A stretch of DNA of 62,871 bases from a virus. Its lineage: Duplodnaviria; Caudoviricetes. Below the pieces are notes generated by a model. The model ran no database searches. It was given only the letters and a program-made list of their open reading frames with translations, and was not told where the DNA came from. A program made the translations under genes and the position numbers. Positions 39,989 through 50,165 of this stretch are shown here, piece after piece. The stretch lies in the IMG/VR virus record IMGVR_UViG_3300042381_000268, positions 1-62,871 of that record; one strand, written 5' to 3'. How positions within the stretch are numbered: position 1 is the stretch's first letter; each line of letters opens with the position of its first letter.

Positions 39989-41528
39989 TTCTTAAATTAT
40001 TGATTACACAATCGGTTGACAATATAGTGATAGCTACAGACGCTGCATTTCTTAATGCGCTTTTAGTAACAAGTAGCGGATCAATTATGCCGGCTTCAAT
40101 CATATTAACAGTTTCCCCTGTTACTACATTAAGACCGTATCCAACACTCGATATAATTTTGATTGGCACTTCTTCAATGCCTGCATTATCTAATATAGTG
40201 TTAAATGGAGCTCTAATAGAATCTAGCAATATTTCTTCTCCAAGTGAGAATGTGTCTATGTTATGCGAAGCATTTAATAAAGCAACTCCCCCGCCTGGTA
40301 CAATACCTTCTTTAATAGCCGCTTTAGTAGCACATATTGCATCTTCAACTCTATCAGCTTTTTCTCTAAGCTCTATATCTGAATTAGCGCCTACTTTTAT
40401 TACAGCAATTTTAGCGGATAGCCTAGCCAACCTTTTTTCTAGTCGAATTACTTCGTTAGGTTTTTTAGCTTTTGATATATCCTTTTTAATATTTAGGATA
40501 ATATTATCCACCTCTTCTGTTTGTTTGTTAATCTTTAATATTGTTTCTTGATCGTATGTTATACTTTTTATACAATTGCCCAAATGTTCTGGTTGTATTA
40601 AATCCATATCATCGCCAAGATCTTCGTTTATAACTGTAGCTCCTGTTAATAAGGCTAAGTCATATATTGTATCTTTTTTATTAACGCCGTATGTTGGGGC
40701 GTTTATAACATTAACCTTTAGATTGCCTTTAACCTTATTCATGGCTAATGCGGCTATAACAGGTTGATCTAAATCTGCAATAATCAATAATGCTCTTTTT
40801 TGTTCAATCGCATATTCTAATACAGATCTTATTTGTCTTATATTGGTTATAGGTGATTCAATTATTAAAACCAATGGATTATCTAATTCAGCAGCTTTAA
40901 TTTCAGGGTTGGTAACAAAATGTGCATTAACCAATCCTTTATCATATTGAACGCCTTCTACTATTTCTACTTCTGTATCTGATAACGCCGAGTGTTCTAA
41001 CATAACAACTCCAGTATTACCAACAGCTCTAAAGGCGTCTCCTATTATTTTACCTAAGTATGGATCATTATTAGCAGATATTGTTGCAATCTGATCCAAC
41101 ATATTATCATCAACAGTTATACTTGTCTTTTCTAAATAATCTATTACTTTATTTACTGCTGAGGTTATGCCTTCTTTTATTTTTCTTTCATTTGGATTTT
41201 CAACCATATGAGCATTCTTTAAAATAGAATATGCTAATATTGTAGCGGTTGTTGTTCCGTCTCCAGCTTCTTTAACAGTCTTACGCGCGGCCTCTTTTAA
41301 AAGTCTAGCCCCCATATTTTCTATAGGATCTAATAGTATAATACTATCTGCTACTGTTACACCATCTTTTGTAATAACTGGATTACCAGAACTATCTTCA
41401 AGCATTACGCATTTACCACTGGCTCCTAATGTAGAACTAACGGCTTTAGTTAGTTTTGTTATTCCTTCGAATACTTTATCCCTAGCCTCTTTTCCAAAGC
41501 TAAGGTTCTTTACAATTGCATCTGTCAT
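39969..41528 (-). CDS. groEL: Chaperonin GroEL (start at MTDAIVK)
   Basis: ITKDGVTVA, AGDGTTTAT, GIVPGGG and GIIDP motifs; no GGM tail. Confidence 0.95.
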   Translation of the reverse strand: MTDAIVKNLSFGKEARDKVFEGITKLTKAVSSTLGASGKCVMLEDSSGNPVITKDGVTVADSIILLDPIENMGARLLKEAARKTVKEAGDGTTTATILAYSILKNAHMVENPNERKIKEGITSAVNKVIDYLEKTSITVDDNMLDQIATISANNDPYLGKIIGDAFRAVGNTGVVMLEHSALSDTEVEIVEGVQYDKGLVNAHFVTNPEIKAAELDNPLVLIIESPITNIRQIRSVLEYAIEQKRALLIIADLDQPVIAALAMNKVKGNLKVNVINAPTYGVNKKDTIYDLALLTGATVINEDLGDDMDLIQPEHLGNCIKSITYDQETILKINKQTEEVDNIILNIKKDISKAKKPNEVIRLEKRLARLSAKIAVIKVGANSDIELREKADRVEDAICATKAAIKEGIVPGGGVALLNASHNIDTFSLGEEILLDSIRAPFNTILDNAGIEEVPIKIISSVGYGLNVVTGETVNMIEAGIIDPLLVTKSALRNAASVAITILSTDCVINNLRIDGSNR

Positions 41529-41589
41529 GTTATATTTAATTTGATTTAATTTTATAACAGTATTATTACGCAATTTTTGCGGTTTTTAG

Positions 41590-41721
41590 TTACCCTTGTC
41601 CTCTAGATAGCTTTTTATAATTTTTAGATGTTTTTAAATTAGATGTTTTAGCTTTAGCATGAACACCTGGCCTTGCAATATTTTTTACAACACGTTGAAA
41701 AGTCGCGGTTTGTTTCGCCAT
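41590..41721 (-). CDS. 43-aa basic peptide (not in ORF track)
   Basis: MAKQTATFQRVVKNIARPGVHAKAKTSNLKTSKNYKKLSRGQG*. Confidence 0.55.
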   Translation of the reverse strand: MAKQTATFQRVVKNIARPGVHAKAKTSNLKTSKNYKKLSRGQG

Positions 41722-42173
41722 AATAAATATATAATTAATATTAATAATATCCACCAAAATAAAAACCAATAATTTTGTTCTTTATCAATTATTTTTGTTT
41801 TACCAACTTGGTGTTCTTTTGTTTTTACTGTAGACACTATCGTGGAGTCAATACGTTTAATACTAGACTCCTTTTTGTTATTTGTATATAATGTATTAGA
41901 TTTATTTTTTTTAATCTTTAAAACCACATTTTTATAACTCTTACCGTCAACTATAATTGTTTTACTTGAATCTATAGGTGTTATAACAATTTCGCTATTA
42001 TCAGTATCTATAATTACTTTTGTAGAGTCTGTTTTATTTACAGTATCTATTTTTGTAACTACTACTTTTGTTTCTGCAATACTATCCTTCTTTATATTAG
42101 TTTTATCAACTAATACTTTTCTTGAAGAACACGATGCTAAAAGCACCATTATTATAAATATAATTTTTTTCAT
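41685..42173 (-). CDS. Lipoprotein with C-terminal TM helix, putative unimolecular spanin
   Basis: Lipobox LLAS-C; C-terminal WFLFWWILLILIIYLLW; downstream of the endolysin. Confidence 0.65.
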   Translation of the reverse strand: MKKIIFIIMVLLASCSSRKVLVDKTNIKKDSIAETKVVVTKIDTVNKTDSTKVIIDTDNSEIVITPIDSSKTIIVDGKSYKNVVLKIKKNKSNTLYTNNKKESSIKRIDSTIVSTVKTKEHQVGKTKIIDKEQNYWFLFWWILLILIIYLLWRNKPRLFNVL

Positions 42174-42183
42174 TTTTTTAAAT

Positions 42184-42642
42184 TTAATCTTTAACTTGAA
42201 AATGCATCCAATCGTAATTCTTTTCTCGGCCTAAACTTTCAAACCCATGTTTGTAAAATATGTCAATCATTGGGTTATATTCCATACGCGCAAATCTTGC
42301 AGTCTTTGAGGTTTCTTTTAATAGATTCCTACTTGGGTTTAAATCAATGGCGCAACCCCAGCTGTGTACGCTTAGTTTAGTTCCGCCTCGCATTAAACGA
42401 TAATTAAAGCATCCACCATAATCATCGATCTTTAAATCACTAATTGCATCTTGACCGTAAAATTCTAATATATCATTAAATATTGCAAGCAGTTTGTCTG
42501 CAACTAATTTATGGCAACGGATTTTATTTACTTTTTTGCCATCGTAATACATAGGATAAGGCAAAGTTATTGGTACAATATATCCTTTCCCATCTTTGTT
42601 AGGTGTGCCGTATTTAGCTATAAGTTCCTCCTGAGTTATCAT
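42184..42642 (-). CDS. Endolysin, peptidase M15 family
   Basis: R...SVHSWGCAIDLN...DWMHFQ zinc motif. Confidence 0.88.
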   Translation of the reverse strand: MITQEELIAKYGTPNKDGKGYIVPITLPYPMYYDGKKVNKIRCHKLVADKLLAIFNDILEFYGQDAISDLKIDDYGGCFNYRLMRGGTKLSVHSWGCAIDLNPSRNLLKETSKTARFARMEYNPMIDIFYKHGFESLGREKNYDWMHFQVKD

Positions 42643-42838
42643 TGTTGTTGTTTCTTATTTTAGAATATACCGTAACAGAATCTAATACTGTTTGGCTACT
42701 TAAATATGTTATTGCGATTAACGCCCAGTCTGATGACTCTAAGTCTGCAAACATTAATAAACCACTAGCTACTAAGAAAACAAATAATTTTCTACTTATC
42801 CATTTATTTATTAATGCGTCTAAATTTTTTCTACTCAT
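42614..42838 (-). CDS. Putative holin
   Basis: SRKL followed by two TM segments, upstream of the endolysin. Confidence 0.65.
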   Translation of the reverse strand: MSRKNLDALINKWISRKLFVFLVASGLLMFADLESSDWALIAITYLSSQTVLDSVTVYSKIRNNNNDNSGGTYS

Positions 42839-43179
42839 TTTTTTAAAAAATATTTTAAATCGTTTAATACTAAAAGCATTGATATAACACAAGTGCTAAT
42901 CATTAGCCACTTTATATCTGGGAACCAAAGACTAAATAATCCACCTGCAAATGTGCCAACAGCGGTTCTTACTATATCCATAACATCAAAATAAGACTTT
43001 ATGATTACTGCCTGAGCCCATTCCCAAAAGAATCCTATTGCCCCACCTATAAACGCGGATGCTATAGGAACCCCTATAATTTTTCCGTCAAGTGTAAATT
43101 CCGCGAAATCTGTAACGCTGCCAATTAAATACATAATTGCAAACCCGATAAAAATGTGAAAGCTGTCTCTTAATTTCAT
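42835..43179 (-). CDS. Multi-pass membrane protein
   Basis: Four hydrophobic segments; H..., WE..Q and D...T..G pattern. Confidence 0.65.
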   Translation of the reverse strand: MKLRDSFHIFIGFAIMYLIGSVTDFAEFTLDGKIIGVPIASAFIGGAIGFFWEWAQAVIIKSYFDVMDIVRTAVGTFAGGLFSLWFPDIKWLMISTCVISMLLVLNDLKYFLKK

Positions 43180-43181
43180 AG

Positions 43182-44384
43182 TTATATATTATATGACGCT
43201 ATTTGTCCACCTGTTGTTGCCACTGTACTTGCGTTTTGTAATCTATCCCCAATACTATCAGCAGTAAATCCACTTGCAATTAAATAGTTCCAAAAGTCTG
43301 CAGGTGTCATAAGTAATGTTCCAGTTGTATTATCTGTCCCAACACCTTGTAATACATTAGAAGGAGATGGTACAATCAATGTTCCTGTTAGAGCATTTGC
43401 AACCCCAAAAGCGGTTCCTAGTCTTACATTAGCTACAGAAGGAAACCCCGTAACTTGATCGTTTGTATATAGTATTCTATTAACTCCTACAGAAGACTGA
43501 TTAGTCCAAAATGTTGATGTACCTGTAATAAAAAATTTAGGAGCGTAAATAGCACTGACACCATTAACATTAACTAATGGTCCTGAAACTCGTATTGTTG
43601 CAACAAATGAATTTGATGATAAACCTACTTGTGCATTTGCTGTTATAGTTCCAGTTACTGTAACAGAACCTGTTGTTGTTGAACCAATGCCGAGCCCTAG
43701 TGGCCCACCTCCCCCTGTAACATTTCCTATAACTATTAAGTTTCCAGCTGATATACCAATACCGTGTGTTGCTCCTGTGCCTGAACCTCCTGTAACACTT
43801 CCTGTGACAGTTGTTGTACCCCCACTTATAGTTAATCCTGTTGATGCTTGACTACTTCCTGCTGCCCCATTTATATTACCTGTTATATTTACTGTTCCAG
43901 CAGTAATATTTATAACTCCACTGTTACCAGTTGCATTATTTAAATTACCAACAAAATTTAATGTACCTGCTCCATTTTTAAAAAATGAACTATTTGTAAT
44001 AGCAGCACCAGGGAAAATTAATGGTATATTAAAGTTTACAGTTCCACCACCAGCAAATTGTATTGCATTAACGCTAGGGAAAAAACTATTAGTTACATTA
44101 ACTGTATTAGTTCCTGTTGTGTGATTAAAAGTTATTAAACCATTTGCTCCTGCGCTCAAAGATGTAATATTAGCTGTGAATCCTCCTGTTGTAAAGTTAA
44201 AGCCACCTCCAATTGTTGCACCGCCTGCTCCTGAATTACTTAAATTTAAAACAGTAATGTTTGTGTCTACAACAACTATAAAGGTATTGCTTACAGCATT
44301 ATCAGCTGCACCTGGCACAACACCACCTACCCAAGTTGCTGGAGCACTAAAATTACCACTTGCAGCTGCTAGTATAATAGCCAT
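43182..44384 (-). CDS. Gly/Thr/Asn-rich beta-solenoid tail/spike protein
   Basis: Repeated (I/V)TG(N/S)VTGG units. Confidence 0.6.
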   Translation of the reverse strand: MAIILAAASGNFSAPATWVGGVVPGAADNAVSNTFIVVVDTNITVLNLSNSGAGGATIGGGFNFTTGGFTANITSLSAGANGLITFNHTTGTNTVNVTNSFFPSVNAIQFAGGGTVNFNIPLIFPGAAITNSSFFKNGAGTLNFVGNLNNATGNSGVINITAGTVNITGNINGAAGSSQASTGLTISGGTTTVTGSVTGGSGTGATHGIGISAGNLIVIGNVTGGGGPLGLGIGSTTTGSVTVTGTITANAQVGLSSNSFVATIRVSGPLVNVNGVSAIYAPKFFITGTSTFWTNQSSVGVNRILYTNDQVTGFPSVANVRLGTAFGVANALTGTLIVPSPSNVLQGVGTDNTTGTLLMTPADFWNYLIASGFTADSIGDRLQNASTVATTGGQIASYNI

Positions 44385-44386
44385 AA

Positions 44387-44677
44387 TTAAATATTTTTAT
44401 CTGTTATGAATTTTTGTAAAGCACTCATAATTGTAAATGTAGCTTCTAAAGCTTCTGAATCTTGACTTTCAAAAATATCCATATAGGTAAATTGTAAAGC
44501 ATTATTAGGCAAACTTACTGAACTTCCATCTTCTAATGTTCTATAAGGTGTTAAAAGCATTGCTACAGTCCCACCTACATTAGTTGGTTTAACTAATGGT
44601 GATATTGCTAAATTTACCATAAAATATGGATACTCTACTCCGTCTACTTCTATTGGGTTTGTACTTGTAATTGGCAT
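44387..44677 (-). CDS. Hypothetical protein (tail fiber-associated)
   Basis: Located between fiber genes. Confidence 0.6.
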   Translation of the reverse strand: MPITSTNPIEVDGVEYPYFMVNLAISPLVKPTNVGGTVAMLLTPYRTLEDGSSVSLPNNALQFTYMDIFESQDSEALEATFTIMSALQKFITDKNI

Positions 44678-44689
44678 AATTTCTATTTT

Positions 44690-47605
44690 TTATATATATG
44701 TTGCTGATTCTCTATTTGTCCAAGCTACGTTTGTAGCAGTTGCTACTGTGATTGAGCCACTTGCAGCTATTGTTAATCTTGTTATTGTCCATACTGCTGA
44801 TGATTCTGCTGAACCCGTTACAGCATATCCATTATAATTTATATTATTATTAGAAGAATTATTTGCATTTCTTCTTATATTAAATAATAGATTAAATGTA
44901 TGTGTGTCACCACTTGATGATATATTAAAATTTGTGGCTCCTGTTCCAACATCAAAATATTGAGTACTTGCAGATAATCCATTTAATGAAGTTACGCCTC
45001 CCGAAAATGTTGTTATAATTTCGCAAAGTGTGTTGTCTTCAGTATGTAATGTTATTGTTCTACCTCCCGAATTATCTACAATATAGACTCTAATTGCTAA
45101 TCTATCTGTAACTAACAATGAAGTTGTTGGTACTGCTAAAGAAGTTAAATATAAATCTATTGTTGTTCCGCCTGTTATTTCTTCAGCTACTGAAACACTC
45201 GAAGCTATTGATGTAAAAGTAGTTCCATCATATTTTAATAATTCAACATAAAACTTTTGGCTTCCACCTGCGCTACTTGCTTGAAAAAACATTTCAAAGT
45301 TCCAAGCACCCCCAGGAATTTCTAATCTATTTGGATTGCCTATATCTGTTAAAAACTGTGCAATAAGCCCATTCCCAGCCAAAGTAAAATCAGTTCCTCC
45401 TCCAATCGTTGCTGTATTACTTAATTGTTTATATCCTGCAACCGAAGCATTAATACTTCCGTTTAAATAATATGCAACCGTTGAACCTCCTCCCGCTCCT
45501 GTTGGCAAAGTTGCTAATTGTCCATCTCCTCGAATATATTGGGAAGCAGTCCCTAATGCAGTTACAGCTATATCGCCACTTGATGTAATTGGACTATTTG
45601 TTACACTAAAAGCAGATGGCATTGTTAATCCTACTGAAGTAACTCCTCCTGTTGGAATATCTGAAAGTAAAGCTATTGTGCCTGAAGCGTCTTGAAAGGT
45701 TACAACACGATTCGCAGTAGGATCTGTAAATTCTAATTCTGTTATAAATGTTGTTGGACTGCTAGGATTAGTTTGATCTTCTTTTGTAAATGTAATTTTA
45801 TTATAAAACATTTGCATCCATGTAATGATAGATGGATTTGCTATTGAATTTCTTATTCGTACACTATCAGGATAAAGTATTAAAGCTTCTCTTAATGATG
45901 ATGCTTGTAAATTAAAGATTTTATCTGTTGCAGTATTACCTGCAGCTAATACATTATCAATATTTCCTAGTGGTATATCGCTTAATAATGCAATAATACC
46001 ATTTTCGTCAGGTAACGAGTAAATGCGACTATCACTTTGTAAACTTGTATCAAGATAAGTTTGAAATCCACTTGATGCATTATCAATTATTAATGATCCA
46101 TCACTAAATATTAAACTAGAATAGTTATCATTAGCTCCATCATATAATTCTAATCCTGCAATTTTAATATTATTTGTAGTTTCATTACCCTCATCCGTAA
46201 CCTCTTGAAGTGTTGGAGTGGTAATATCAGAAGTTAAAGCTATTGTGCCACTTGCATCGGGTAACTCCCATTTTCTATCTTCTGTTATATTATTAAAAGA
46301 TAAACGACCTAAATATTTAGTTAATCCACTTATCCATTTTGAGAATACTGTTTGATTTTCAGCATCAGCTGTTGCTTGAAAACCAAATAAATTAACATTT
46401 TTAAAAATATTTGTATTTCCTGCACCTGCCCCAAAAGCATTGGCGTGGTTAGCTTCATTATTTTGAAGAGCGGCAACCCCAAAAGCGTTTAAGTATGAAC
46501 CTGTGTTGCCACCTGCCGAGGCTTCTCCGAAAGCATTTATTTCAATTCCTGTATTATCCGATGCGGCTAAAGTTCCAATAGCATTTACTCCATCTCCTGT
46601 ATTATTTACTGCAGAATTAGTACCAAAAGCAACTACATTAACACCAGTATTATTTAGCCCAGCTTCTGTTCCTTGAAAGTTATTACCATCTACTAAATCG
46701 TGGTTATTATCTAAAACCTCTTGAAGTGTTGGGGTGGTAATATCAGAAGTTAAAGCTATTGTACCTGAAGCGTTAGGTAATTGTTGAATGTAAGTGCCAT
46801 CAACTAAATCAGTTTTAATTTCAACAGAACCAGTTAATGTGCCATCTGAACCATTTAATGAAATATAAGGCTTTAATGACGCATTTGCAATAGTTAAAAA
46901 TCCATCTCTTAAATTAATATTAGAATAACCAAATTCTTCAAAATTAAGTCCTGAACTGTTTATCAACCCATATCTATTAGCGCTATAGTCATTTAGTTCA
47001 ATTAAAGAGCCAAATGCACCTTCAACCTGTAATGTTAATGTATTATCGTTATTTGCAACTTGAATATAAGAAGTTCCTGTTTCTTTACTTACAATAATAT
47101 CATTAGATGTAGTATTTCCTTCATCAGTAACTTGCTGAAGCGTTGGGATTGTAACCACTGGCACATCTGACAATAAAGCAACTGTCCCAGATTTATCAGG
47201 AAAATCCCATACTCGGTTAGCTGTTATATTACTTACCTCAAATGAACCTCTGTAACCAGATGACGAGAAGGAACTGAACATATCCCTTTGCGTTCTGAAT
47301 ACTTCGCCATGCGTAACCGTACTAAAAGAAAATCTATTTTGGTTTAACGCGATATTACCATAGTCCGCTATAGGTGTATCATATAAATATAACCTCCCTA
47401 TTTTAGCGTCTAATAACGATGTGTTCCCAACTAGTAGCACATCATCCAAAGAAACGTTCTGTTTAATGAACCCAGTTAAATCCGCAATACTAAAATTCTT
47501 TGTTGCATTTTTAGGCTGCCCATTGACTATCTTAGTAGACGTACCAATGAGCATATCTTCCGCTAAGAGTATGGAATTTAAAGGATAATTATATATTATA
47601 GCCAT
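44690..47605 (-). CDS. Modular tail fiber protein
   Basis: Five (L/F)PxASGTIALxSDI repeats; NAFG..A YadA-head-like repeats. Confidence 0.75.
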   Translation of the reverse strand: MAIIYNYPLNSILLAEDMLIGTSTKIVNGQPKNATKNFSIADLTGFIKQNVSLDDVLLVGNTSLLDAKIGRLYLYDTPIADYGNIALNQNRFSFSTVTHGEVFRTQRDMFSSFSSSGYRGSFEVSNITANRVWDFPDKSGTVALLSDVPVVTIPTLQQVTDEGNTTSNDIIVSKETGTSYIQVANNDNTLTLQVEGAFGSLIELNDYSANRYGLINSSGLNFEEFGYSNINLRDGFLTIANASLKPYISLNGSDGTLTGSVEIKTDLVDGTYIQQLPNASGTIALTSDITTPTLQEVLDNNHDLVDGNNFQGTEAGLNNTGVNVVAFGTNSAVNNTGDGVNAIGTLAASDNTGIEINAFGEASAGGNTGSYLNAFGVAALQNNEANHANAFGAGAGNTNIFKNVNLFGFQATADAENQTVFSKWISGLTKYLGRLSFNNITEDRKWELPDASGTIALTSDITTPTLQEVTDEGNETTNNIKIAGLELYDGANDNYSSLIFSDGSLIIDNASSGFQTYLDTSLQSDSRIYSLPDENGIIALLSDIPLGNIDNVLAAGNTATDKIFNLQASSLREALILYPDSVRIRNSIANPSIITWMQMFYNKITFTKEDQTNPSSPTTFITELEFTDPTANRVVTFQDASGTIALLSDIPTGGVTSVGLTMPSAFSVTNSPITSSGDIAVTALGTASQYIRGDGQLATLPTGAGGGSTVAYYLNGSINASVAGYKQLSNTATIGGGTDFTLAGNGLIAQFLTDIGNPNRLEIPGGAWNFEMFFQASSAGGSQKFYVELLKYDGTTFTSIASSVSVAEEITGGTTIDLYLTSLAVPTTSLLVTDRLAIRVYIVDNSGGRTITLHTEDNTLCEIITTFSGGVTSLNGLSASTQYFDVGTGATNFNISSSGDTHTFNLLFNIRRNANNSSNNNINYNGYAVTGSAESSAVWTITRLTIAASGSITVATATNVAWTNRESATYI

Positions 47606-47611
47606 TACTGA

Positions 47612-48739
47612 TTATACTAGTCTTATTTTTACGGTGCCAGCAGTGTGATATAGCCCACCAACAGCAATGCCACCAATAGCCGCCGCTGCATCATTTGCAA
47701 AATTATTTGCTACCTGAGGCAGGTATACCGTTAAAGCCACCGTACCATCAGCGTCAGGAAACTCAATAGTCCTATTTGCTGCCAGGTTGAACGGAGGGAT
47801 CAAATCCATTTGGTAGCCGATCTCATTTAAGATATCATTTCTATAAAACCTTAAAGAGTCTCTACGTAATGCAATACCTTCATTAGAAATTGGGTTTTTA
47901 ATAGATACTATGGATCCGGTTAAAGTAAGCGTGTTAAGAGCTCCTGCTGTAGCAGTATTTCCTACCGCTAAGACTTGTTCAAGGTCTCGAGGTATATCAG
48001 AAAGGTAGGCTACTATCCCGTCTGCATCTTGGAATGAGACAGACCTAGATGCAGTAATAGTTGATGGTTTTCTAATTTGAAAAATAAGACCTGGACTAGC
48101 GTCTCTTAAAACTAAGGCGTCTTTTATTAAATATCCAATATCAAACCCAGTTGGGGAATTGAAATTAAATCTATTTTTATCGGAACTAATATAACCATAA
48201 CCTCCATTAAGTGAATCCCATAAACCCAAAACTCCAATACTAGCGTCAAGCTGAGTTATGTTACCTGAAACTAAAACATCCTCTAACGGAGGTATATCGC
48301 TTGTTAGAGCAATAATCCCGTCTGCGTCTTGAAAAGTAACTGTTCTATTAGCAGTAACGGCGGCTGGCTTCATGATACTAAGCTGATATTCATCTCCGAC
48401 ATTTGTTAAACTCAAAGTGTCTTGACTTAAATTACCATAATACTCACCAACATTATTATAGAAATTAAATCTATTTTTATTTCCTGTAATGTATGGGTAA
48501 CCAAGGCCTGACGGACCATGGCTATTGTATAAAAATATACCTCCCACCTTAGCATCAATCTGGGATACATTGTCATTATCTAAAACATCGTTAAGCGTTA
48601 CAAATCCTCGTGTAAAAGAAGCAAGGTCGCCTACGCTATAGTTCTTAACTACGCGAGAACCATTGTCCATTTCACTGCCTAAAACCCAACTGTCATTTGT
48701 TACTTCATCCGCCAACGGATAACTGTATATTAGTGCCAT
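47612..48739 (-). CDS. Tail fiber-like protein, paralogous to 44690-47605 (start MALIYSYP)
   Basis: Shared N-terminus (MAxIYxYPL..KNxSxxDL) and three FxDADGxxA repeats. Confidence 0.7.
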   Translation of the reverse strand: MALIYSYPLADEVTNDSWVLGSEMDNGSRVVKNYSVGDLASFTRGFVTLNDVLDNDNVSQIDAKVGGIFLYNSHGPSGLGYPYITGNKNRFNFYNNVGEYYGNLSQDTLSLTNVGDEYQLSIMKPAAVTANRTVTFQDADGIIALTSDIPPLEDVLVSGNITQLDASIGVLGLWDSLNGGYGYISSDKNRFNFNSPTGFDIGYLIKDALVLRDASPGLIFQIRKPSTITASRSVSFQDADGIVAYLSDIPRDLEQVLAVGNTATAGALNTLTLTGSIVSIKNPISNEGIALRRDSLRFYRNDILNEIGYQMDLIPPFNLAANRTIEFPDADGTVALTVYLPQVANNFANDAAAAIGGIAVGGLYHTAGTVKIRLV

Positions 48740-48743
48740 ACCT

Positions 48744-49010
48744 TTATTTTTTTTGTTTATTTTTATAAGAACCCACTTTCTCTTTAACTTTACCTTCTTT
48801 TTTTGTACCCTCACCATCATTACCCCTATTAGCTGCGACGGTTTTAAATTTCCTATCCTTGTGATCATAATCCTTACCGTTGTTTCCGGGGTGCTTACGA
48901 TGCATTCTTTGATTCTCTGCTTTTTTTGCTCTTCTATCATCGGTTTTAGCGTATCTTAAGTCTCTTTCCGCTTTTGCCTTAGCAGCTTTCGGAGATAATT
49001 TCTGTGCCAT
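48744..49010 (-). CDS. Small basic HNH-like protein
   Basis: GKDYDHKD...AANRG degenerate HNH motif; first gene of the leftward arm. Confidence 0.55.
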   Translation of the reverse strand: MAQKLSPKAAKAKAERDLRYAKTDDRRAKKAENQRMHRKHPGNNGKDYDHKDRKFKTVAANRGNDGEGTKKEGKVKEKVGSYKNKQKK

Positions 49011-49076
49011 ATTACTAAATTTAGTTATAGTATATACTATCACGTATAAATACCAATTCTTAAAATAAAAAAAATA

Positions 49077-49120
49077 GCGACATTAGCCTATTACTATTAT
49101 ATTTAACTACCTAACGTCAC
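49077..49120. repeat. Long-spacer inverted repeat, copy A
   Basis: GCGACATTAG-N24-CTAACGTCAC. Confidence 0.8.
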
Positions 49121-49267
49121 ACTACTAATGTATCATATTATACACATTATTAATTTTTTTGTATATAATAACGTACGTTTTAAAAAAATGTTATTACAAA
49201 TATAGAAGTAAGGGGTTATATACTATTTTCTAACAACAACTTTCAAAAGGAAAACGAATCTGTTTTG

Positions 49268-49518
49268 ACCCACCCCCCGGCTTGAAATGGAAGAGTCGTA
49301 AAACGTTTCGGCTTTTCGTACGGCGCGGCATAATGGTTCTAGCTATTATGTTTGACGATTGCATACATATGTGTCGATCCGATTGCATGTGTGTGCACTG
49401 GATAGTATGTTATACGATACGATACGATACGTGTGCATGTGTATGGTATGTTGTACGATACGATAGCAAGCGAAGCGCGAAGCGCGAAGCGTAGCGTATA
49501 GCATACGCGTATAGCACT
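49268..49518. repeat. Non-coding low-complexity region at the strand switch (candidate genome end)
   Basis: ACCCACCCCCCGG, tandem TACGA and tandem GCGAAGC repeats. Confidence 0.65.
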
Positions 49519-49574
49519 TACAGTACCGATACGACGTAGTTGTGATAATATATATGAATCTAAAATATATAACT

Positions 49575-49733
49575 ATGAACATTTCATTCGATCAAATCAT
49601 CATCAATGTAGTGAATAATAACTTCACACAAATTGTATTCATTAAAGACTGTATTATATTATTCGTTGAACCATTCGAATCAAAACACCACAACGAGTAT
49701 CTTAATCTAGATATCACTGAGTTCCAGTTCTAA
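49575..49733 (+). CDS. Early hypothetical protein
   Basis: ATG downstream of promoter copy 1. Confidence 0.6.
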   Translation: MNISFDQIIINVVNNNFTQIVFIKDCIILFVEPFESKHHNEYLNLDITEFQF

Positions 49734-49752
49734 TACTCAGTTAACTATATAA

Positions 49753-49772
49753 GGTCCCTACGGGGATCTATT
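49753..49772 (+). terminator. Hairpin/weak terminator
   Basis: GGTCCC-TACG-GGGATC (UNCG-type loop) after the first early gene. Confidence 0.45.
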
Positions 49773-49914
49773 TGCTCCGTGCGACGGAATGGACAGGCGG
49801 AGCTGTGCGAGTTAGCGAGCACGCGAAGCGTATAGCATTTACAGTCTGAATACGATGATAAAATGATAATATATATGAATAAAGAAATTAATATAAATAA
49901 ATAAAATAACAATT

Positions 49915-50106
49915 ATGAAATTAACAATTTTAAAAATCAATCAAAACTTTCGATCAATTATTTGTAGTCAATTAATTAATTCAAATAAATTAGAATTTGA
50001 ATTCAAAATGATAAATAATAAATTAATAATAAATCAAATTGACTTTGAAATTGTTGATAAATTATTAACTAGAAATTATCATAACTATAAAGTCTTACAG
50101 TCTTAA
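49915..50106 (+). CDS. Early hypothetical protein
   Basis: Follows promoter copy 2. Confidence 0.6.
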   Translation: MKLTILKINQNFRSIICSQLINSNKLEFEFKMINNKLIINQIDFEIVDKLLTRNYHNYKVLQS

Positions 50107-50165
50107 TACGATCAGAAAATGATAATATATATGAATCTAAATAATAACAATTAAATATAATAATT

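Noticed and set aside
5246-48959. Many + strand ORFs inside the virion module (e.g. 7703-8233, 13730-14380, 39976-40551)
   Set aside because: They are antisense shadows of long minus-strand genes with no motifs of their own.
49282-49582. ORFs 49282-49494 (+) and 49346-49582 (-)
   Set aside because: They derive from low-complexity tandem repeats, have atypical composition and lack a translation leader.
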